DNA of 20,330 nt from Promethearchaeota archaeon (GTDB lineage Archaea > Asgardarchaeota > Lokiarchaeia > Sigyniarchaeales > SOKP01). The stretch is taken from assembly GCA_016930515.1 (NCBI GenBank), contig JAFGGO010000105.1, positions 1 to 20,330 on the forward strand, written 5' to 3'. This document shows, piece after piece, positions 1 through 8,940 of the stretch (position 1 is its first letter; every line of letters starts with the position of its first letter). Both the position numbers and the translations under genes were made by a program. The notes beneath the pieces are model-generated. The model was not told where the DNA came from. It ran no database searches and was given only the letters and a program-made list of their open reading frames with translations.

Positions 1-240
1 AATAAAAAATATTTGATTATAGGGATGATACAAGCATTTAAATGAAGTCCAGATTTGTCAAGAAATCTTTCAACTATGAATTTACACCTCTATTTTTATG
101 ATATATTGGATCAAATACTATTGATAAAGGAGATAAAAATTATATTTATAACATTAGAAATCGATAATTTTTATTGATTTTTTTCATTGATTGTGCTTGT
201 TTTTTGTTGGTAGAATCAATTAATACATATATATAATATT

Positions 241-888
241 TTAATTAAATATTGTGTTATAAATGGTTCTTTCTATCTTTCGGAAATGCTCGTATAATGC
301 GCTCTGAGAAATGTTAAAATGGTCTGCAATTTTTTCTGAATCGATTTTGCGAGGTATTTCAAAAAATCCGTGTTGAACGGCGTAATAGGCGATTTCTTTC
401 TGACGATCCGTTAATTTTAAGGATAGATCTTCGGTATCAGGATGCATATTGGAAATGCTTAGTACCTCGATTTTACCATCATAACACTTTTCGATGTGAT
501 CAAAAAATTCGTTAACATGCTTGCTTTCTATTATAATGCGTACTACCAACCAATTGTGATCGAAGAAAAGGGGAGGATCGATGATCATGTCAACTTTATC
601 GTAAAATTTCCAAGTTTCTTCAAACCACTTGAACCTTGAAAAGAAGATAAATTCGTTTTTATCCCTATTTTCTTCTAAAACCTCAACATAGGACCAACCA
701 TTAGGGGTTATCCCTTCTAACTGCTTTGGATGCATGGTTTCGTCCTTGAACTTGACCTTCTGGGTTACGGTGATTTGATCGTAGTCGCAACGGTGAATTT
801 TAAGTACTTCATATTTCTCGATTAGATTGAATATTTCATATTTTGCATTTAAAGGTACTTTTAGTGCGATTTTTTTCAAGTTCTTCAT
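241..888 (-). CDS. Bacterio-opsin activator-like (HTH_10) transcriptional regulator, copy 1
   Basis: C-terminal LTDRQKEIAYYAVQHGFFEIPRKIDSEKIADHFNISQSALYEHFRKIE is the HTH_10 signature. Start moved from TTG 933 to ATG 888 (MKNLKKIALK) because it aligns with the paralog start MKKLKKIVLK, and 933 lies inside a promoter palindrome. Confidence 0.85.
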   Translation of the reverse strand: MKNLKKIALKVPLNAKYEIFNLIEKYEVLKIHRCDYDQITVTQKVKFKDETMHPKQLEGITPNGWSYVEVLEENRDKNEFIFFSRFKWFEETWKFYDKVDMIIDPPLFFDHNWLVVRIIIESKHVNEFFDHIEKCYDGKIEVLSISNMHPDTEDLSLKLTDRQKEIAYYAVQHGFFEIPRKIDSEKIADHFNISQSALYEHFRKIERTIYNTIFN

Positions 889-920
889 GCAATTACAATA
901 ATTTTGTGGGATCTTGATAA

Positions 921-934
921 CTTGAATATTCAAG
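921..934. promoter_or_regulatory. Palindromic operator candidate CTTGAATATTCAAG
   Basis: Perfect 14-bp palindrome 32 nt upstream of the regulator start. A similar site sits at the same position upstream of the paralog (3670-3683). Confidence 0.5.
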
Positions 935-1035
935 CATAAGGTTAATCATTAGAAAAAATATCTTTTTTATTAACTTTATGGTATGTCGCCTAAAGTAATA
1001 ATTATATAATAATAAATGGAAAAAAATGAAATAAA

Positions 1036-2010
1036 ATGAAGCAAAAAGTATTATTAACTGGAGCATTTGGAAATGTAGGGCAAAACGCCTTGAAGCAGCT
1101 CCTCAAGCGAGAGCACCAAGTAATTTGTTTTGATTTGAAAAATAAGGAAAATCAAAATTCTTGTAAGGAATTATCAAAAAGATTGCAATTTAAAACGATT
1201 TGGGGGGATATTACGAATCAAGAGGATGTTAATAACGCCGTTAACGGAATGGATTGCATCGTCCACCTTGCCGCTATCATCCCACCTTTAAGCGAAAAGA
1301 ATCCCGAATTAGCGCGTAAAGTAAATATCGAGGGCACTCGGAACCTCATAAATGCTGCAAAAGTTTTACCAAACAAACCAAAATTCATCATGGCGAGTTC
1401 AGCAAGCGTTTTTGGAGTGACAATGGATTTGAATCCTCCAACGACAGTGAATACTCCCTTGAATCCATCCGATCATTATTCGCACACGAAAGTGGAGTGC
1501 GAAATAATGTTAAGGAATAGCGGACTTCCTTGGTTAATCCTGAGGTTGGCAGCTGTCTCGGTCGACAAGCTCCCAAATACATTTGATACTCTCTTGTATG
1601 AAATGCCACTCGAACAACGCATAGAATTCGTTTCTTCAAAGGATTGCGGAATTGCGTTTGCGAACGCTGTATTTTTCGAAGAGGTTGATAAAATATTTCT
1701 CATTGGAGGTGGAGAAGGTTGTCAACTTTATCAGAGAGATTTTTTAACGGGTGTTTTTGACGCTTTTGGATTAAAGATGCTTCCTGATGATTGCTTTAAA
1801 GTCCCAACTAAAAAGGAGGATTGGTTCTATATCGATTGGATGGACACGAAAAACTCTCAAGACGCTCTTAAATTTCAAACGGTCACATTTGAACAATATG
1901 TGGAAGGAATGAAGCGAAATTCTAAGATGAAACGGTTGGGAATGAAAATCCTCGGACCCCTTGCCAAACGAACCTTGATTAAAATGTCTCCGTATAATAA
2001 ATCAGAATAG
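1036..2010 (+). CDS. NAD(P)-dependent epimerase/dehydratase (extended SDR)
   Basis: TGAFGNVG Rossmann motif, HLAA, and YSHTK (YxxxK) catalytic motif. Confidence 0.9.
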   Translation: MKQKVLLTGAFGNVGQNALKQLLKREHQVICFDLKNKENQNSCKELSKRLQFKTIWGDITNQEDVNNAVNGMDCIVHLAAIIPPLSEKNPELARKVNIEGTRNLINAAKVLPNKPKFIMASSASVFGVTMDLNPPTTVNTPLNPSDHYSHTKVECEIMLRNSGLPWLILRLAAVSVDKLPNTFDTLLYEMPLEQRIEFVSSKDCGIAFANAVFFEEVDKIFLIGGGEGCQLYQRDFLTGVFDAFGLKMLPDDCFKVPTKKEDWFYIDWMDTKNSQDALKFQTVTFEQYVEGMKRNSKMKRLGMKILGPLAKRTLIKMSPYNKSE

Positions 2011-2155
2011 AGTTAATTTATGAACAGATATAAGAGAATCCATAATATGCTTTACATGTGTGAATTTCTTTTGTCTAAGCAATTTAATAATAACTCATAT
2101 TTTTTTATCAAAATGGTTAATTCAAGCACGATATCCTTCCTTAATGTCCCAGCAC

Positions 2156-2866
2156 TTACTTCGCAATGAGTTCTGAAATGTTTGTAATAATACGATCGGG
2201 AATGATGTTCGACGACAATGGAAGTCCTTGTTTTCTATAATCGTTCCAGATGCTATAGATACCAAGTTTTTGTGGTGCTTCCACATCCCATTCGAGATTA
2301 TCTCCAACAAACCAAACCGAACCTGCGTTTAATCCTATTTCATCCAACGCACGAAGGTAAACGGCCTCGTTGGGCTTTCCATATCCCAACTCTCCTTCGA
2401 TAAGAATCGAGCTGAAAAATCGCTCTAATCGAAATCGCTCGATCTTTTCTCGCTGTTTTTCGGCTTGACCGTTTGTTACTAATCCTAAAGAAACACCCTG
2501 TTCATACAAGTATTTTAGCGTTTCCTCCGCTCCAGGATAAAAATCGATCGCTTCAACTCTCAATCGCGAATATGAATCTGCAATTTCGTGAGCGAGAGAA
2601 ATATCATCATTTTTTATTTTATTAAATGTTAATTCCAATATCCTTCTCCTCGCATTCTCGATATCTAGACGCCCTTTTTCGTGTCGTTTCTTGTCGCTCC
2701 AATACCAGTTTGCAGTTTCAATGATTTTTAAGTACAACTCGTTTTCGTTCACGTTATCGATTTGATTGGCGTATTTATTGCACACCTTTTTCCAAGAGGG
2801 TTCGACGACCGTATCAAATGTAGTTATCGTATCGTCAAGGTCAAATAATATTCCTTTTGGTAGCAT
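2156..2866 (-). CDS. HAD-superfamily hydrolase (YjjG-like)
   Basis: FDLDDT motif I, VTNG motif II, GKP motif III, VGDNLEWD motif IV. Confidence 0.92.
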   Translation of the reverse strand: MLPKGILFDLDDTITTFDTVVEPSWKKVCNKYANQIDNVNENELYLKIIETANWYWSDKKRHEKGRLDIENARRRILELTFNKIKNDDISLAHEIADSYSRLRVEAIDFYPGAEETLKYLYEQGVSLGLVTNGQAEKQREKIERFRLERFFSSILIEGELGYGKPNEAVYLRALDEIGLNAGSVWFVGDNLEWDVEAPQKLGIYSIWNDYRKQGLPLSSNIIPDRIITNISELIAK

Positions 2867-2981
2867 AAATATCCTGATTTAACATACTTGATCAATACGG
2901 GAAATAAATCTTCGAATTCTTAAATTATTTTGTAGAAGTTTGATGCTATTATCCTCGTGATTTACGATATTTATTTACTTT

Positions 2982-3638
2982 TCATGTAAATATTGAATAA
3001 TAAATTGTTCTTTCGACTTTACGCAAGTGATGGTATAAGGCGCTCTGAGAAATCTCAAAATGGTTGGCGATTTTTTCTGAATCGATTTTGCGAGGTATTT
3101 CAAAATAGCCGTGTTGAATGGCGTAATATACGATTTCTTTTTGACGATCCGTTAATTCTAAAAAAAGATTTGCGTGGTTGGGATGCAAGCGAGTTATGCT
3201 CAGAATTTCAAGGTCTCCACTATAAAAGTTTTCTAAGGATTCGCAGAACGCATCGATATTCTTGCTCTCTGAAATTATGCTTACTAAAAGATAATCACGA
3301 TCGAGTACAATGGGAGGATCGATGATTAAATCGAGCTTATCGAGGAACTTTTTTGTATCGTTAAATAAATTATTTTTAGAAAAGAAAATAAATTCGTTTT
3401 TAGCCTTATTCTCTTCAATGACTTCAATAAAAGACATTCCATATCTATCTCCTTCCAACATTTTTGGGTGCATTTTTTCGTCCTTGAATTTAACTTTCTG
3501 GGAGACATAGATTTGATCGTCGTCGAAACGGTGGATTTGAAATAATTCATATTTTTCAAAAATATTAAAGAATTCGTACCTTAGATCAAATGATATTTTT
3601 ACGGGTACTTTTAGAACGATTTTTTTTAATTTCTTCAT
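2982..3638 (-). CDS. Bacterio-opsin activator-like (HTH_10) transcriptional regulator, copy 2
   Basis: LTDRQKEIVYYAIQHGYFEIPRKIDSEKIANHFEISQSALYHHLRKVE; colinear with 241-888 over its whole length. Confidence 0.88.
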   Translation of the reverse strand: MKKLKKIVLKVPVKISFDLRYEFFNIFEKYELFQIHRFDDDQIYVSQKVKFKDEKMHPKMLEGDRYGMSFIEVIEENKAKNEFIFFSKNNLFNDTKKFLDKLDLIIDPPIVLDRDYLLVSIISESKNIDAFCESLENFYSGDLEILSITRLHPNHANLFLELTDRQKEIVYYAIQHGYFEIPRKIDSEKIANHFEISQSALYHHLRKVERTIYYSIFT

Positions 3639-3669
3639 TTTTCGTTAAAATTTGCGATCCTTTTTGCTA

Positions 3670-3683
3670 GTTGATAATTCAAC
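3670..3683. promoter_or_regulatory. Palindromic operator candidate GTTGATAATTCAAC
   Basis: GTTGA-N4-TCAAC, 31 nt upstream of the regulator ATG; positional equivalent of 921-934. Confidence 0.45.
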
Positions 3684-3806
3684 CTCAATATTATTAAATC
3701 TTTTTACTTCATCTCTTATGAGCATTTAACAATGCTAATTATTTTTGAATAGAAAATAGTTGATATTAAAAATTTAACTTTATTAGTCCAAAAAAGATGT
3801 TGTATA

Positions 3807-6230
3807 ATGCAAACAAATGAATTAAAAGGATCAGAAGATCCACTATTTAAGGAACCGTATGTCGATATCGATGAATGGCGTGACGAGCCCGTGCGTCATC
3901 GATATGTTCATGGAGGTTTTGAAGATACCGAATGTCGATTCTCTATTTATTTTCCACCGAAAGAGCAATACGATGGACGCTTTTTTCAATACATCATGGC
4001 GATATCGGGCAACGAGAAGGTAGCACAAGCGCCAGAAAACCCCGATCCCAGCTACGCATTAGGTTTTGTCTTCGAAAGTGGTGCTTATTTTGTGGAATCA
4101 AACCTGGGAAGAAAAGACATGTTTCCTGGTAAGGACCCAACAATCACTGGGTATCGAACGAGTGCAGCAGTAGCGAAATACTCGCGCGTTTTGGCTTCAG
4201 AAATGTATGGACCCCACCGTCCCTTTGGGTATGCCTGGGGAGGTAGTGGGGGAGGATACAAGACAATTAGTTGTATCGAAAGCACGAACGGTGTTTGGGA
4301 TGGCGTGGTTCCATTTATACACGCATCACCGATGGCAATGATCAATGTTTTCTCAGTACAAGCCCACGCCATGCGGATTCTGAAAGATAAAATACCCTCT
4401 ATTATCGATGCAGTTGAGCCTGGTGGTAGTGGCGACATGTATGCTGGCTTAAACGAAGAAGAACGCGAAGCGCTTGCCGAAGTGACTAAGATGGGATTTC
4501 CCCCAAGAGCTTGGTTCAATTACAAGAGGATAGCGTTCGGCTATACGGGAGTATTAACAACCCTGCTTGATATAGTAATTAAATGGGATCCCACATATTT
4601 TAAGGATTTTTGGACGATGCCAGGTTATCTAGGTGCAAACCCTCCCGATTCACTCTTAAAAGCCCGAATCCAACACGAAACAACCATTGTCAAGCTGATT
4701 ATGCCCGAAGACATAAGGCAAATGGGGCAATCAATATCTATATCGGCCGGACAAGCGGGAAATGTAAAAGTCCCAGCTGGTCTTGTATTAGAAAGTGTTC
4801 CTGAGGGTGACATACAGGGGTCTTCAATATTCATACAAAGTGGCGAAGCAAAAGGTCGCGTGGCTTATGCAATTGTAGCGCTTGGTAACACGGTAATGCT
4901 TGCTTACGGTGAGGATAATTATCCCTATCTGGCAAATATCAAGGTAGGCGACAAGATAAAGCTCGATAACTCCAATTATCTTGCTGCTCAAACCTATCAT
5001 CGCCACCAGGTTCCGGGTCCTGAATATAAGGTTTGGGATCAGTTTCGAGACGCTGATGGTAACCCATTGTATCCACAAAGACCAGAAATCCTAGGTCCGC
5101 GCCACGCTGAGATGGGATCAGGGTCAGTCCAATCTGGTAAATTTGAGGGCAAGATGATCGCGGTGAATATGTTGATGGATGAAGCTGCTTATCCATGGCA
5201 ACCCGACTGGTATCGTTCGAGAGTGAAAGAACACTTAGGAGATCGAATCGATGACAATTATCGGCTCTGGTACTTTGACAACGCGATGCACACTCCGCCA
5301 ACAATAACGCCATTAGACGAACCCCCGATGATAACCACTCGGATCATAAACTATGGAGGCGTATTACAGCAAGCATTGCGCGATGTGAGCGCTTGGGCCG
5401 AGAAAGGCATAGCGCCCCCTCCAAGCACAGTATATAAGGTGGTGGATGGTCAAGTAGAGGTGCCGCCGACTGCTGCGGAACGCAAGGGGATCCAACCAGT
5501 CATTAATTTATCTGTAAATGGAGGTGTGCGTGCAGATGTCAATGTTGGTGAAAGGGTTGAGTTTTCAGGGGTTATAGAAATACCCCCTGATACCGGTTCA
5601 ATAGTTAATTTAGAATGGGATTTTGAAGGTACAGGCGATTTCCCCATACGAGAACCGCTCAAAGACGCTAAAAATACTCGGATAGAGGCAAAGACTACTT
5701 ATAGCTTCTCCAAGCCTGGATCATATTTTCCCGCGCTAAGAGCAAGCTCAAACAGGTCAGGTGACCCTCAAACACCCTATGCCAAAGTCCAGAACATTGG
5801 ACGAGTGAGAGTGGTGGTTACTTCTAAGGATGAGGGTAAAACTAAAGAAAAAAGTAAACCAAAGGGTAAAACTAAAGGTCGAGAATTAGTTATTGAATTG
5901 GATAAGAAACCTGTCGATTTTCAAAAATTTATGGACAACTTTGCCGAAGCTGTTACGCAAAAAAAAACCGTAGTGCAAGGAAATGAAATATCAAATGTTG
6001 AAGTTGAACCAAGAAGCAGTTGTTCTTTGAAATTCCAACTCACGCCCTTCATTGGTGATGCTTTTTACACGATAATTTTTGAAGATACTCGAACCGGCAT
6101 TGCGGTGTTCTTAGAAGTGGAAATTGCGGCTACGGGTGCCTATAAAATGTTTCAAAAAGCCATAAAAAAAGGCGTTTCAAAAAAAGTTATTGAAAACACG
6201 ATTGAGATACTAAACAAAATATTAGAATAA
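3807..6230 (+). CDS. Tannase-like alpha/beta-hydrolase-fold protein with PKD domain and an extra C-terminal domain
   Basis: WGGSGGG nucleophile elbow; LWYFDNAMH candidate catalytic His; EWDFEGTGDF...YSFSKPGSY PKD signature; Lys-rich linker followed by a ~115-aa tail. Confidence 0.7.
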   Translation: MQTNELKGSEDPLFKEPYVDIDEWRDEPVRHRYVHGGFEDTECRFSIYFPPKEQYDGRFFQYIMAISGNEKVAQAPENPDPSYALGFVFESGAYFVESNLGRKDMFPGKDPTITGYRTSAAVAKYSRVLASEMYGPHRPFGYAWGGSGGGYKTISCIESTNGVWDGVVPFIHASPMAMINVFSVQAHAMRILKDKIPSIIDAVEPGGSGDMYAGLNEEEREALAEVTKMGFPPRAWFNYKRIAFGYTGVLTTLLDIVIKWDPTYFKDFWTMPGYLGANPPDSLLKARIQHETTIVKLIMPEDIRQMGQSISISAGQAGNVKVPAGLVLESVPEGDIQGSSIFIQSGEAKGRVAYAIVALGNTVMLAYGEDNYPYLANIKVGDKIKLDNSNYLAAQTYHRHQVPGPEYKVWDQFRDADGNPLYPQRPEILGPRHAEMGSGSVQSGKFEGKMIAVNMLMDEAAYPWQPDWYRSRVKEHLGDRIDDNYRLWYFDNAMHTPPTITPLDEPPMITTRIINYGGVLQQALRDVSAWAEKGIAPPPSTVYKVVDGQVEVPPTAAERKGIQPVINLSVNGGVRADVNVGERVEFSGVIEIPPDTGSIVNLEWDFEGTGDFPIREPLKDAKNTRIEAKTTYSFSKPGSYFPALRASSNRSGDPQTPYAKVQNIGRVRVVVTSKDEGKTKEKSKPKGKTKGRELVIELDKKPVDFQKFMDNFAEAVTQKKTVVQGNEISNVEVEPRSSCSLKFQLTPFIGDAFYTIIFEDTRTGIAVFLEVEIAATGAYKMFQKAIKKGVSKKVIENTIEILNKILE
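5833..5877 (+). repeat. 15-bp direct repeat AGGGTAAAACTAAAG (x2, period 30) in the linker-coding region
   Basis: Exact copies at 5833-5847 and 5863-5877, encoding GKTK twice. Confidence 0.8.
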
Positions 6231-6369
6231 AATTCCTATTTTTTTTGTCTTTATCTTAATATCATCATCTCATAAAAATTTGAATATTTAATTGTGTTTT
6301 TACGATGATTTTAATTGAATATTGAGTGATAAACGCATATTATGAAATGAGACAATCTTAGATATATTC

Positions 6370-6573
6370 TCATTTTAGTGTCCCGATGGTTGCGTCCTCG
6401 GGGGTTAACTGGCAGATGAACCTAAAGAGCCGGAGTCGCACGCCTTTTTCAAGTGCTCTCAGCACCTTTTTTGGCGCATGCCAGCATGTTTTCGCTTTCT
6501 TGAGAGAACCATCAAGGGAAACGTTAGGAACTTCAAACCACAGGCATCCGTCCTCCAACAGGAGTTCTTTCAT
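6370..6573 (-). pseudogene. Fragment of the second IS gene (possibly tnpB)
   Basis: Protein-like frame (KELLLEDGCLWFEVP...KKVLRALEKGVRLRLFRF) directly downstream of truncated tnpA within the GC-richer tract. No RuvC or Zn-ribbon motif is visible. Confidence 0.35.
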
Positions 6574-6968
6574 CTTGCCTGCATTTCAGTCCTGAGGCGA
6601 TGTCCTTGTAAACTAGCACGTGCGGATATCCCTGTTCACGAGCTTTTTCACGCAGGAATTCTGCTTGTCGTACCAGGTCTTCTTTCTGCTTTGCCGCAGA
6701 TACTCGTGCGTACATGGCCACGTGTTCATGGGCATGTAATTGAAATTGAGTAATCGTCTTGTTTCTCTTTTTCTGGAGTTTTTCATTCTCATCAATGAAC
6801 GCTTTGAGTCGGTCTAATGAATATCTCCGATGCCCTCCCGTGGTCCTGCAATCCGCCGTGAACGTTCCGTTCTCATCCCATTGTCTTGGTGCAAACGCCG
6901 AATATTCGTGCTGCTTGAGAAATGGATAATAACATGAAAAATCATTTGAAAAAACAAATAAAATGTCC
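6379..6968 (-). mobile_element. Internally deleted IS607-family element remnant
   Basis: Visibly GC-richer than its flanks; contains a broken serine-recombinase tnpA; bounded by TGTCC (GGACA on minus) at 6379-6383 and 6964-6968. The boundaries are tentative. Confidence 0.75.
6580..6935 (-). pseudogene. tnpA: IS607 transposase (MerR-HTH + serine recombinase), frameshifted and truncated
   Basis: Manual translation: MLLSISQAARIFGVCTKT, frameshift at ~6881, then WDENGTFTADCRTTGGHRRYS...AMYARVSAAKQKEDLVRQ...YKDIASGL. YARVS and DIASG are the family motifs; similarity ends after SGL. Confidence 0.88.
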
Positions 6969-7005
6969 TAGATTTTCCAAATTTTTTTTAACTATTTTTT
7001 ACGGT

Positions 7006-7143
7006 TTAATCTATTTTTCGTAAGTGTTCGTTTATTGCACTTTTAGAAATCTTAAAATTCTCTGCGATCGCCTCTGAATCGATTTTGTGGGGTAATTCAA
7101 AATATCCGTGTTGAGCGGCGTAATATATGATTTCTTTTTTCCT
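7006..7143 (-). pseudogene. Third HTH_10 regulator copy, C-terminal HTH only
   Basis: Manual translation RKKEIIYYAAQHGYFELPHKIDSEAIAENFKISKSAINEHLRKID*, clearly homologous to copies 1 and 2; premature TAA and no N-terminal domain. Confidence 0.85.
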
Positions 7144-7242
7144 CGGATCTTCTTCTATACTTCAACATTCACAGTGTCTGCAACTTCTTCCATAGAACCA
7201 GAAATCCAAGCCGATAATTAATAAGCATTTTTTGAATTATTT

Positions 7243-7803
7243 TTAAAAAAATAAGTGATTAATCAATATATTTAATCCTATACCAATTAGGATGAGACCT
7301 CCCAGAATTTCCACTCTCTTTCCAAAAACTTGACCAACTTTATTACCTAAAAGGACACCAATCACGGAAAACGAAAAGGCTACAATTCCAATTAATATTG
7401 TTGGAACTAGGATCGGGCTATTTAACACAGCAAAACTCAAACCTACAGCCAAGGCGTCTATGCTTGTTGCGATCCCCAATAAAAATAAAACGCGTATCTC
7501 AAGTGGATTAATTTTTTTGTCCTTTTCAGAGTCTTTTCTAGATTCGTATATCATCTTTGAACCAATAATTAATAGAAGGAAGAATGCGATCCAATGATCT
7601 ATTTCTGAAATCAGGTGAGCGATATAGGTTCCCCCAAGCCAGCCTAAAAATGTAAAAAAAGCCTGAAAAAATCCGGTAAAAAAAGCGATTTTTAAGGCGT
7701 GTTGTATTTTTGTCTCTTTTATTATGATACCGCTCGAAATCGATACCGCAAAAGCATCCATCGCTAAAGCAATTGCGATTATAAGCACTACTAAGAGATC
7801 CAT
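7243..7803 (-). CDS. mntP: Manganese efflux pump MntP
   Basis: ALAMDAFAVS and ATSIDALAVG duplicated motifs, DHWIAF, and six hydrophobic segments. Confidence 0.92.
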   Translation of the reverse strand: MDLLVVLIIAIALAMDAFAVSISSGIIIKETKIQHALKIAFFTGFFQAFFTFLGWLGGTYIAHLISEIDHWIAFFLLLIIGSKMIYESRKDSEKDKKINPLEIRVLFLLGIATSIDALAVGLSFAVLNSPILVPTILIGIVAFSFSVIGVLLGNKVGQVFGKRVEILGGLILIGIGLNILINHLFF

Positions 7804-7885
7804 TGATGATTTAAATGATTATACTAATATATATTTTATTTAGAAATTCGGCCTCAATTTTTTCTTGCGTATAATTTAAATAATA

Positions 7886-8872
7886 TTACTTGATGTAACC
7901 GTTTTCTCTGAACCAATCAATTGCCTTCTCGATTGTTTTTTTAATTGGAGTTTGCTGTAGACCGAGTTCAGTTATTGCTTTAGAACAATCAAAATGTTCT
8001 CCCATCTTTCCCAATCGCACTTGGTTCACTGAAACGATGGGAGGCTTTTTTGTAATGCGCGATCCCGCTTGAAACAAAAATCCTAAGAAAAGCGCAACTC
8101 TATAGGGAATTTTCCTTCTTGGGGGTTTTACGCCAGCAATTTCTGCGATCAAATTAAAAAATTCCCCTACAAACATGTTTTCGTTTCCAAAAAGATATCT
8201 TTCGCCAATTCTTCCTTTTTTAGCCGCTTGTATTTGACCACGCGCCACGTCTTCGACATCAATAACATTAATTGCACCTTCAATATATCCTGGCATATTT
8301 CTGTTTGCTATATCCACTATTAACGCCCCCGAGGGCGTTGGCTTATAGTCTCTTGCACCAATTACTAAAGTCGGATTTATTATAACTAGGGGAAGTCCTT
8401 TATCGCAGATCTTTTTTGCTTCTAGTTCTGCGAGATATTTTGAGATGGCGTAATGATCTCCCGCTTCCCACCCATTAAATTCCGCCTCTTCGTTCACATA
8501 ATTTCCCGCGCCGTGAGAACCTATGGTATTGGATGTACTCGTATATACAACTTTTTCTAATCCTTGAGAAAGTGCTTCTTCAAGAAGATTTTTTGTGCCT
8601 TCAACATTAGTGTCGTAAAAAAGCTGTTTATTAGGTGCCCAATGGGCAAAAAACGCAGCTATGTGATATAATGTATCACATCCTTCTAATGCCTTTTTAA
8701 TGGATTTTTTGTCTCGGATGTCCCAATAGATTTTTTCTACATTTAACTCGTCAATATTCTTTGTATTGCTTCCTTTCCTTATGGAAATTCGTACGTCCTG
8801 GCCATCCTTTATCAATTCCCTAACAACATTTGAACCCATAAATCCATTGGCTCCAGTTACCAAAACGGTCAT
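7886..8872 (-). CDS. HpnA/dihydroflavonol-4-reductase-like NAD-dependent epimerase
   Basis: TGANGFMG, YAISK, NPTLVIG..D.KPTPSG and GRIGERY motifs. Confidence 0.88.
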   Translation of the reverse strand: MTVLVTGANGFMGSNVVRELIKDGQDVRISIRKGSNTKNIDELNVEKIYWDIRDKKSIKKALEGCDTLYHIAAFFAHWAPNKQLFYDTNVEGTKNLLEEALSQGLEKVVYTSTSNTIGSHGAGNYVNEEAEFNGWEAGDHYAISKYLAELEAKKICDKGLPLVIINPTLVIGARDYKPTPSGALIVDIANRNMPGYIEGAINVIDVEDVARGQIQAAKKGRIGERYLFGNENMFVGEFFNLIAEIAGVKPPRRKIPYRVALFLGFLFQAGSRITKKPPIVSVNQVRLGKMGEHFDCSKAITELGLQQTPIKKTIEKAIDWFRENGYIK

Positions 8873-8940
8873 TTTGATCGGTTTAAAAAATTCAATGATT
8901 TATTTGGTTTTAAATTAGGTTACTTTGTATATATAATTTT

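Noticed and set aside
1-240. Possible coding remnant at the window start
   Set aside because: Only short, unrecognisable frames; cannot be supported.
889-933. 15-aa N-terminal extension of regulator copy 1 (TTG start)
   Set aside because: Absent from the paralog and overlaps the promoter palindrome.
4085-5662. Antisense ORFs within the 807-aa gene, and similar ones inside cdhA, the CDF, EFR1 and regulator genes
   Set aside because: Shadow frames of well-supported genes with no recognisable motifs.
6386-6795. ORFs 6386-6595, 6478-6753 and 6613-6795
   Set aside because: Alternative or antisense frames of the IS remnant.
7804-7885. yybP-ykoY Mn riboswitch expected upstream of mntP
   Set aside because: Only 82 nt, very AT-rich, with no such structure visible.
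7886-8872. Hopanoid biosynthesis implied by the HpnA-like SDR
   Set aside because: No squalene-hopene cyclase or other hpn genes in the window; the family is widespread.
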